From Candidatus Woesearchaeota archaeon (GTDB taxonomy: Archaea > Nanobdellota > Nanobdellia > Woesearchaeales > JAGVYU01): a DNA stretch of 48,112 bases. Where the stretch lies: positions 1-48,112 of the forward strand of contig JAGVYU010000012.1 of NCBI GenBank assembly GCA_018303105.1, written 5' to 3'. Within the stretch, counting starts at the first letter, position 1; every line of letters begins with the position of its first letter. A program made the position numbers and the translations under genes. The notes under the pieces were generated by a model. It saw nothing but the letters and a program-made list of their open reading frames with translations. It made no database searches and had not been told where the DNA came from. Of the stretch, positions 16,804 through 24,021 are shown one piece after another.

Positions 16804-18196
16804 GCGGCAGCTGCTCCGTATATTTCTGTAATGCTCCTTCAAAATTGCTTGAGGACATGAAGAGGACAGCAGTTGGGATTGAACCGTGGCGTTTGAGATA
16901 TGTCACAACGACTTCAGCGGTCTCAATACACTGAACATGAGGATGTTTGAGAATCCGCGCATAGTCTTGAGGTGTTGCAAGCTGTTCTTTCGTGAGAAGC
17001 CGTGATGGCTGCACCCGGTAAATAATCACTTCATCAGCGTCGTTGAATGAATCCATGTAGCGTGCAACATAGCGTTTATTCCTGCTGCTTCCCGTATACG
17101 GTTCAAAGAGCGCTATGAGGTGATGGTGGGGAAACTTCTGCTTCACTGCTCGCACGGTCTCACGCACTTTGCTCGGCTGATGCGCGAGGTCATCAATGAC
17201 GATGAGTGTAGGGCTTTTATACACGATCTCCTGCCTGCGCTGTGTTCCTCTAAATGTCCGAAGCGCTTTTTCAATTGCGGAGTCTGGTATTCCAAGCGTT
17301 TTCGCAACAAGGATCCCGGCGAGCATGTTTTCGACATTGTGCTCTCCATAGAGAAATGCAGCATAGTGATTTGATTTTCCTTCGTAGAGAACATCAAATG
17401 TTGTAAGCGGATTATAGATGATGTGGCGCGCAGAAATGGCTGATGAGGGCTGTAGTCCGTATGTTAATCCGGTTTTTTCGGCATGGGTAAGCACAACAGA
17501 AAGTTCTTTGTTGTGGTCAGATACTATGACGTGGGCATCGGATTTAAGACTTTGGAATAAGTGAACATATGCTTCCTGATATTCCTTATCCGTCGGATAC
17601 ACATTAATGTGATCAAGTTCAGCGCTTGTGAGTACAACGATATCAGGATGGTAATACATGAATTTCGGCTTTTGATCCGCATCTGAGCATGGATATTCGT
17701 CGCCTTCAATAACAAAATACTTTGATTTAGTGATGCGGAAGCTTTTGTCAAGGTTTTTTGGGATGCCGCCAATCAAATAGCTGGGTTGCTCTCCCGCGGT
17801 TTCGAGAATCCACGTTATGATCGCCGTTATCGTTGTCTTTGCGTATGTGCCCACAACGCATATGACCGTGTAGTCTTTGAGGATATCCTCAAGAAGCTCT
17901 GGGAAGGACACAATTTTGATATTTTTCTTCTTCGCTTCTACATATTCTGGATTGTCCAGGAAGGCATGCCTTCCCAAAACGACAAGATCTATATCATCCG
18001 TAATGAATGTAGCATCATACCCGGATTTTTTGAGGATTCCCCGCTTCTCAACAATCGTTTTAACGGGATCGTACGCCTCGTCATCCGAGCCTGTCACTAT
18101 GAATCCCTGGTCCTTGAGCTCAATCGCAATTGCGCTCATAGCAACACCCGCAACTCCAATGAAATGGATTTTTTTAATGCCTTCGAGCATATGCAT
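16775..18196 (-). CDS. mpl: Mur ligase of the MurC/Mpl family, most similar to murein peptide ligase Mpl
   Basis: IHFIGVAGVAMS, TGSD, GTYAKTT, PSYLIGGIPKN, FVIEGDEY....D.KPKF..YHP, ELDH, RRQE, DDLAHQP, FEP; the EGDEY..DxxxKF insert and FEP are Mpl-like. Confidence 0.72.
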   Translation of the reverse strand: MHMLEGIKKIHFIGVAGVAMSAIAIELKDQGFIVTGSDDEAYDPVKTIVEKRGILKKSGYDATFITDDIDLVVLGRHAFLDNPEYVEAKKKNIKIVSFPELLEDILKDYTVICVVGTYAKTTITAIITWILETAGEQPSYLIGGIPKNLDKSFRITKSKYFVIEGDEYPCSDADQKPKFMYYHPDIVVLTSAELDHINVYPTDKEYQEAYVHLFQSLKSDAHVIVSDHNKELSVVLTHAEKTGLTYGLQPSSAISARHIIYNPLTTFDVLYEGKSNHYAAFLYGEHNVENMLAGILVAKTLGIPDSAIEKALRTFRGTQRRQEIVYKSPTLIVIDDLAHQPSKVRETVRAVKQKFPHHHLIALFEPYTGSSRNKRYVARYMDSFNDADEVIIYRVQPSRLLTKEQLATPQDYARILKHPHVQCIETAEVVVTYLKRHGSIPTAVLFMSSSNFEGALQKYTEQLPHEHHVQNRR

Positions 18197-18210
18197 TGGG
18201 CACAGAGAAT

Positions 18211-18220
18211 GTTTATAAAG
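18211..18220. promoter_or_regulatory. Putative bidirectional TATA box between mpl and the DUF4015 gene
   Basis: Palindromic TTTATAAA in the 39-nt divergent spacer. Confidence 0.5.
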
Positions 18221-18235
18221 ATTGTGTGGATATAA

Positions 18236-19267
18236 ATGGAGATGAAGCTTATTCCGATCATTGCAGCGACATTCTTACTCGTGGGTTGCTCTGGCATCTC
18301 CGACAAACCCGATGCATCGCGCGGCATCTACCTCAACGCGTGGCTTGCGGGAAATGAAATCCGGCTAAACGAGTATGTTGTACGTATGCGCAACACGGGA
18401 ATAAATACTGTAATTATTCACATGCAGGACACGGACGGCATTTTACCGTATGATTCAAAGATTCCTTACGCAATTGAGATTAACGCGACAGAAATACGCA
18501 TCAAGAACGTCTCTGCGTTAGTTGATCGGCTCCATGCTGATGGATTCTATGTTATTGCTAAAGTGGATACGTTTAAGGATAGAAAATTAGCATATGCGCA
18601 TCCAGAGTACGCATTTTCGTATAAGAATGGCTCTCTCTTCGAAGACCGGTTTGGAGTGCACATTGACCCGAATAATCCGGTTGTGTGGGAGTATAAAAAA
18701 GCAATCTACGAAGAGATGTTTGATTTTGGATTTGATGAAGTAATGATTGATTATATTCGGTATCCAGAGCGGGCATACTATGGTGCTCTTAATTCCCCTT
18801 TCACGAAGGGTGATACAAGTATGGAAACTATAGAAGGATTTATGCAATATATACGGGCTAGTCTTCCGTATCAGACTTTTTCTGTGGCGATTTTCTCTAA
18901 TGTATGTCTTGGTGAAGACCATGCGATTGGCCAAAGTGTGGATATCTTTGCACCGTACGTTCAATATATATCCCCCATGCTCTATGTTAGCTTAGATCCA
19001 TATGAGCCCTGGCAGGATGCACGTGGATTTATCGCCAAAAGGACAGAGGCATGCCTCATCAGGATTCAAGGCTCCAATGCCAAACTCCGTCCTTGGCTCC
19101 AGGGATACTCGGACAGATACCAGACTATGAATGCTTCTGCAATACAGCAACAAATAAAAACAGTTGAGCGTTTCCCTGGCGTCGCAGGATGGCAAATATG
19201 GAATTCGGCTGGAAACTATAATGCAACGTTCAAAGCGCTTGAGGAGAATAAGAGTAACCGCGGCTAG
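18236..19267 (+). CDS. Putative glycoside hydrolase lipoprotein (DUF4015-like TIM barrel)
   Basis: Lipobox LLVGC; RGIYL, YVIAK...FKD, IDP....VWEY, GFDEV..DYIRYP, IGQ, YISPMLY, LRPWLQ, WN. Confidence 0.8.
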   Translation: MEMKLIPIIAATFLLVGCSGISDKPDASRGIYLNAWLAGNEIRLNEYVVRMRNTGINTVIIHMQDTDGILPYDSKIPYAIEINATEIRIKNVSALVDRLHADGFYVIAKVDTFKDRKLAYAHPEYAFSYKNGSLFEDRFGVHIDPNNPVVWEYKKAIYEEMFDFGFDEVMIDYIRYPERAYYGALNSPFTKGDTSMETIEGFMQYIRASLPYQTFSVAIFSNVCLGEDHAIGQSVDIFAPYVQYISPMLYVSLDPYEPWQDARGFIAKRTEACLIRIQGSNAKLRPWLQGYSDRYQTMNASAIQQQIKTVERFPGVAGWQIWNSAGNYNATFKALEENKSNRG

Positions 19268-20012
19268 CGTTCTCATCCTGATCATCTGTATCAGTGTATT
19301 GCTCTTCATCCTCACACCTTCAGTAGATAATGTTGAGGGATATCGCCCTAAGGCAGAGTTTGTGTACAATTCCCCTCTTGGTTCAGACGTCACTTTAAAT
19401 GCAACAAACAGCTCATACATCCCATTGAATGACCTTCCTGATTTTTTAGTGAAAGGTATTGTGGCAGTTGAGGATCGCAGATTCTATTATCACCCCGGCA
19501 TTGATCCTATCGCGATCGCGCGTGCGGGAGTCCAAGCTGTCCGGAATCCAGAGAGAATTCAAGGTGCAAGCACAATCACGCAGCAGCTCGCACGCTCGGC
19601 ATATCTAAGTCAGGAAAGAACACTCTCCCGCAAGATGGAGGAGATGATTCTTGCTTTAAAGATCGAATATGCATACCCAAAAGAGAAAATCCTTGAATTT
19701 TACTTCAATGACGTATTCTTTGGGGATCAGATATATATGGATGTATCATATGACCTTACAGTGTACGGTGTTCAGGATGCATCACGATTTTTCTTCGGGA
19801 AAAACGCTTCTAACCTGAGCATATCAGAGGCAGCTTTTCTTACTGCTATACTCAAAGGTCCAAATTATTATCTGACAAGACCTGAAGAGCTTGAAAAACG
19901 TAGACAAGTAGTGCTTGAGATTTGGAGTAGGGAGCATATTATTTCTGAAGAAGAGTATTTAATAGCTCTCCGAGAGCCTACGCAGATAGTACAATCCAAA
20001 GCCGCATCGTAA
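19221..20012 (+). CDS. Monofunctional peptidoglycan transglycosylase (GT51), no transpeptidase domain
   Basis: N-terminal TM; GT51 motifs EDRRFYYHPGID, GASTITQQLAR, RKMEE, KEKILEFYFN, YGV..AS..FFGK, EAAFL; ORF ends after the GT domain. Confidence 0.92.
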   Translation: MQRSKRLRRIRVTAASVLILIICISVLLFILTPSVDNVEGYRPKAEFVYNSPLGSDVTLNATNSSYIPLNDLPDFLVKGIVAVEDRRFYYHPGIDPIAIARAGVQAVRNPERIQGASTITQQLARSAYLSQERTLSRKMEEMILALKIEYAYPKEKILEFYFNDVFFGDQIYMDVSYDLTVYGVQDASRFFFGKNASNLSISEAAFLTAILKGPNYYLTRPEELEKRRQVVLEIWSREHIISEEEYLIALREPTQIVQSKAAS

Positions 20013-21206
20013 TACGGCCATGATGAGCAGCGCAGATGTTGTTGCAATAGCCCCTCCGATCATGCCATAACCGGGGATTAAAAGCGCGTTGAGGATAATA
20101 TTTGCAACAGCCGCCACAGCCGCGATTGCAAGGATAAGCGGTGTTTTCTTCATGGACGCCAATGTTGAGTTAAAGACGCTGAATGGTAAGGATACAAAGT
20201 ATCCCCATGCAAGGATAACTAGGGGTATAACCCCGAGGATATATGCCTCTCCAAAAAAAGTCTGCAGGAGAATCCTTGGGAAGAAAATAAAAAGCAAAAA
20301 CAAAGGCGCGCTGAGGATGAGAATTGTGAAAAATGATCGTATTACCAGTGATTTCGCTTCCTGTGTTTTTTCCGCCATAATGTGGGTTGTCATTGTGGGA
20401 ACAAAGAGGTATAATACCGCTTCCTGAACAACGAGAAGGAGCGCCGCTGTTGGAAGCGCAACGCTGTATATCCCTGCCTCTGAGCTTCCCCTGATGTATC
20501 CAATCATTAAGACATCTGTCCATCGGATGATTAAGTAAAAGAAGCCTGAGAAAAGGAGAGGTAATGAGTAGAGCAGGGGTGTTCTAAAGTCGTATGATGA
20601 CTGTGAAAAGGAGGGCCAAACAAGAAAGAATGCGATTACGCATGTAATGATGAGGGTAAGCGCATGCGCCCATGCTGCCATGGACACCGAGAGAACGAAT
20701 GAGAACAAGAAGAGTGTGAGCACGACTTTAAGGACGCTGTCTCCAAGGTAGCGTAATGAGACATTCGCAAAGATTCGCTTCTCCGCCTGCAGGACAGAAA
20801 ACAGAAGCCATCCGATTGACGCAAAGGGTATGCTTATGGAAAGGATTCTCAGAACTGTTGCAAGCTCCTGAATCTTAAATCGCTCTGCAAGCATTGGCGC
20901 GAAAAACCAAAGCAGTACTGCCAGGAAGATGGAGGCAATACATGCAAGGACAAGCGACGACACGAGATACTGGTGTTGTTTGCGCGGCGCTCCTTTGTAA
21001 TAGGGAAGATGGCGCAAAATACCCTGATCCAGACCAAGAACGCTGATCGTGAACACGATGCCAAAGATAGCCAGGGCGATGCTGAAGACTCCATATTGCT
21101 CTGGCCCGAGCTTAGAGAGGACAATTCGATAGACATAGCCGAGGAGTTTAGCGAGGGATATAGCAATGAGAACAATCCCTGTTGCTGATGTGATTATCTT
21201 GCGCAT
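19959..21206 (-). CDS. MOP-superfamily flippase (Wzx/MurJ-related)
   Basis: About 12 TM; LGPEQYG, LGL..G, D.LMIG....S.EAGIY..A, LN.LLIP.YG..GGAIAT. Confidence 0.85.
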   Translation of the reverse strand: MRKIITSATGIVLIAISLAKLLGYVYRIVLSKLGPEQYGVFSIALAIFGIVFTISVLGLDQGILRHLPYYKGAPRKQHQYLVSSLVLACIASIFLAVLLWFFAPMLAERFKIQELATVLRILSISIPFASIGWLLFSVLQAEKRIFANVSLRYLGDSVLKVVLTLFLFSFVLSVSMAAWAHALTLIITCVIAFFLVWPSFSQSSYDFRTPLLYSLPLLFSGFFYLIIRWTDVLMIGYIRGSSEAGIYSVALPTAALLLVVQEAVLYLFVPTMTTHIMAEKTQEAKSLVIRSFFTILILSAPLFLLFIFFPRILLQTFFGEAYILGVIPLVILAWGYFVSLPFSVFNSTLASMKKTPLILAIAAVAAVANIILNALLIPGYGMIGGAIATTSALLIMAVLRCGFGLYYLRRLSESY

Positions 21207-21250
21207 TAAGTTGATTTATGATTTATGCATAAAAAGGTTTGGTAAGCACA

Positions 21251-21373
21251 GGCTTCGGTGAAAGTCTCTTCTGGCCTAGCGACGCGAAAGTTCATTTTTC
21301 GTCCTCCAACCAGCTTTCTGATGGTAGCTCCTCGCTAAACCGTCAGGATGGGCCGGACATTTTCACCAAAGCC
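21251..21373. mobile_element. 123-bp MITE with IS903-like (IS5 family) ends and a 9-bp target site duplication
   Basis: Terminal inverted repeats GGCTTCGGTGAAA / TTTCACCAAAGCC (12 of 13 match); flanking direct repeat GTAAGCACA at 21242-21250 and 21374-21382; no coding capacity. Confidence 0.82.
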
Positions 21374-21418
21374 GTAAGCACAGGAATATTTATAATAGGA
21401 AAGTCATGTGATCACGGT

Positions 21419-22648
21419 ATGCTGCGAAGGAAGAGCAAATTAGAAAATCGGGATTTGGTAATACTTGGCTTTTTACTTTTGGCCTTGTACTCCGCTGCAG
21501 TCTTCTATATCAATAAGCTCCCATTAATGGGCGATGAGAGCATTCATTATTTCCAAATAAGACAATTCATGGTCGGTAACTATGAACTGCATCATGCCTT
21601 AACGACCATCCCCGGATATAATCTTATTTTGGCCGGCATGGGGGGGATATGTAATGTATTCTCCGTTTTTGGCATGCGATTATTCTCATCTCTTTTTGGG
21701 TTGGCAGCGATTGGAGTTTTCTTATTGATATTAAAAGGGATGAGACAAGAAAGTGGAGATAAAATGATTTTGCGGACATTGCAACTCATGTTTCTTCCAT
21801 TAATCGGACCATTTTTCTTTTTGTTATACACGGATGTTCTTTCTCTGCTTTTCATTCTGCTTACGGCGTTTTTCATAATCAAAAAGCAGCATACATTTGC
21901 AGGCCTTATGGCAATCCTTGCTGTATTGATAAGGCAAAATAACATTGTGTGGTTAATATTCTTCCTGGCGTTAGCGTATGAGGCTCGGTTCAAGTGGAAA
22001 ATAAACCGTTCAAACATAATAAAGGGTGTAGGGGAATTCTGGGTATTTCTTCTCGGCATAATCGGTTTTTTCTTCTTTATTATTCTGAACCAGGGTTTTG
22101 CTGTGGGAGATAAGTCGGCTCACCCCCCATTTAGCTTTCATACAGAGAATCTTTTTTTTGCATTGTTTGTCTATTTCTGGGTTTTTCTGCCTCTTGTTTA
22201 TTGCAGAAGACATAAGATTATTCAATTGTTCCATGATTGGAAAACGGTCTCCATAATCACTATTGCGGCAGCAGCCTATTTTTTATTGTTTCATGTTACA
22301 CATCCATACAATGTGTTTCTCACCGAGGATTATATGAGAAACCGCATACTCGCCTTATTTGGTATAAATCTCTGGATCAAGGGTCTGCTTTTTATTCCTA
22401 TTGGTCTTGGTCTTCTCACACTCATGTCTCAAAAAATAAAAAATCAAGTGCCATTTTATATTTTCAGCGCGTTGTTTCTTCTCCCCTCGTGGCTTATTGA
22501 GCAGAGGTATTATATCATTCCGTTCGTCCTCTTTTTGACGTACCGCGCTATGGAAAAAGAATCATATGAACAGACACTCGTTATTTGGTTTATGATGTTG
22601 GTGGCAATAATATTTTGGATCGTTGGAGGATTGGGCATATTCCTATGA
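21419..22648 (+). CDS. ALG10/DIE2-like GT-C alpha-1,2-glucosyltransferase homologue
   Basis: DESIHYFQ, LTTIPG, LLYTDVLS, RQNNIVW, VGDKSAH, HPY, EQRYYIIP match ALG10-family motifs; TATA at about 21389-21396 supports the start at 21419. Confidence 0.75.
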   Translation: MLRRKSKLENRDLVILGFLLLALYSAAVFYINKLPLMGDESIHYFQIRQFMVGNYELHHALTTIPGYNLILAGMGGICNVFSVFGMRLFSSLFGLAAIGVFLLILKGMRQESGDKMILRTLQLMFLPLIGPFFFLLYTDVLSLLFILLTAFFIIKKQHTFAGLMAILAVLIRQNNIVWLIFFLALAYEARFKWKINRSNIIKGVGEFWVFLLGIIGFFFFIILNQGFAVGDKSAHPPFSFHTENLFFALFVYFWVFLPLVYCRRHKIIQLFHDWKTVSIITIAAAAYFLLFHVTHPYNVFLTEDYMRNRILALFGINLWIKGLLFIPIGLGLLTLMSQKIKNQVPFYIFSALFLLPSWLIEQRYYIIPFVLFLTYRAMEKESYEQTLVIWFMMLVAIIFWIVGGLGIFL

Positions 22649-24021
22649 GGTGGTCAGATTGGATTTTCGGAGCGGTTTTTGTATACTGTAGCGCAAGTGT
22701 GATATCCTATTTGCTCAACGAACACTACATTGTCATCCTTTTGGGGTTAATGTTTCTAATTTTGGCCTGGTTTTTTTATGATAAAGCGGTGTACTTTTTT
22801 CTGCTGACAGCGCCTTTCATGCCACTCTATGCGCCAGGACACATGACGGATGCACTGCCCGGAGCATCACTGATGATTTTGCTGCTGTTGTCGGTATGGT
22901 CGTATCGTAAAGTGGTGGATCAAAAGTCCATGAGAATTATAACCCTCGACAAGGCTGTGATAGTATTTGGCGGGTGGTTATTGGTGACATATGTCGTGCA
23001 TGCTTCCAATCCATTGGACAGTTTCAGGATGCTCATAAATTTCATTTCAAATTATGGCCACTTGCCTGTAATTTCTCTAATGTACGTGGTCCAAGGGATC
23101 GCTGTGTACTTTCTCGTGACGGACGGTTTACAAAACAAGATACTGGATAAAAAATTAATAGTATCAACACTGGTTGTGTGTCTGATCCTTATTGCAGGAT
23201 ACGGGATCCTTGATTCAATGTTAATTGACAAAAGTGAATTTTATCATGGAAAGAATAGGGCAACTTCTTTGTTCTTTGATCCGAATTCTTATGGAACATT
23301 TTTGATATTGCTCTTGCCTCTGGCTTTTGCTTTGTATAAAGAGGACTCGTGGATATCTAAGCTTGCGATCATTCTTGGTGTGATTGGGCTCACCACGACC
23401 TTTTCGAGGGGTGCGTGGATTGGCGTAATTTTTGGAGGAGTGTATGGTGGCACCTTGTGGCTTAATCATAGATTGAAACTCGTAAAATCAGCAAGGACAT
23501 ATTCATTAGTCCTTATGATAATACCTTTGCTGCTCATTATTGGTTTTTTGGTTACAGCTGCTATTGGAGATCCTCTTACCGTACAGAGGAAGTTGCAGGG
23601 GAGATGGTATCTTTGGAATGCGGGAATAAACATGGCAGAGAGGACTCCCCTAGTTGGTGTTGGCATCGGAAGATATAATGAGAACTTAAAAAACTATTAT
23701 GATGAAGGTATTGAACCGTGGACCACATATGAGCATGCACACAACTGGTATATACAGATAGGTTCGGAAGCAGGAGTCATTGGGTTATCCCTCCTTTTTC
23801 TTATTTTAAGTTTAATCCTGATCACAGGATTCATAAAGATTCGAAAAAAAGGCAATAGTCTTGATTACATGTTGTTGATTGGAATAGTCGCTGTGCTTAT
23901 ACATTCATTGCTTGATTATACCGTCCGACAACTTTTTATTATTATTCCGTTTTGGACGCTTATTGCTCTTTTGAACAGTCCACGACAAAACAAGAAAAAG
24001 GCAAAAAAGAGAAAGAAGTAG
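22645..24021 (+). CDS. O-antigen ligase (WaaL/Wzy_C) family membrane protein
   Basis: RATSLFFDPNSYG, TFSRGAWIG, R..LW..G..M....P..GVG.G, HAHN.Y.Q...E.G..GL; ATGA overlap with the previous gene. Confidence 0.85.
   Translation: MRWSDWIFGAVFVYCSASVISYLLNEHYIVILLGLMFLILAWFFYDKAVYFFLLTAPFMPLYAPGHMTDALPGASLMILLLLSVWSYRKVVDQKSMRIITLDKAVIVFGGWLLVTYVVHASNPLDSFRMLINFISNYGHLPVISLMYVVQGIAVYFLVTDGLQNKILDKKLIVSTLVVCLILIAGYGILDSMLIDKSEFYHGKNRATSLFFDPNSYGTFLILLLPLAFALYKEDSWISKLAIILGVIGLTTTFSRGAWIGVIFGGVYGGTLWLNHRLKLVKSARTYSLVLMIIPLLLIIGFLVTAAIGDPLTVQRKLQGRWYLWNAGINMAERTPLVGVGIGRYNENLKNYYDEGIEPWTTYEHAHNWYIQIGSEAGVIGLSLLFLILSLILITGFIKIRKKGNSLDYMLLIGIVAVLIHSLLDYTVRQLFIIIPFWTLIALLNSPRQNKKKAKKRKK

Noticed and set aside
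8417-18196. Interpretation as a methanogen-type pseudomurein locus
   Set aside because: MurA, MurB and GT51 point to MurNAc-based bacterial chemistry, and the flanking genes look DPANN-like rather than methanogen-like.
19959-21206. Assigning the gene symbol murJ to the flippase
   Set aside because: Its length (415 aa) and motifs fit Wzx-like archaeal flippases, and MurJ-specific features were not recognised.
21239-21418. 60-aa N-terminal extension of the ALG10-like ORF
   Set aside because: It reads through the MITE from a TTG start; TATA position supports the ATG at 21419.
23905-24021. 117-bp convergent overlap as a sign of frameshift or pseudogene
   Set aside because: Both proteins appear complete and only low-complexity basic tails overlap; similar convergent overlaps occur elsewhere in this compact window.
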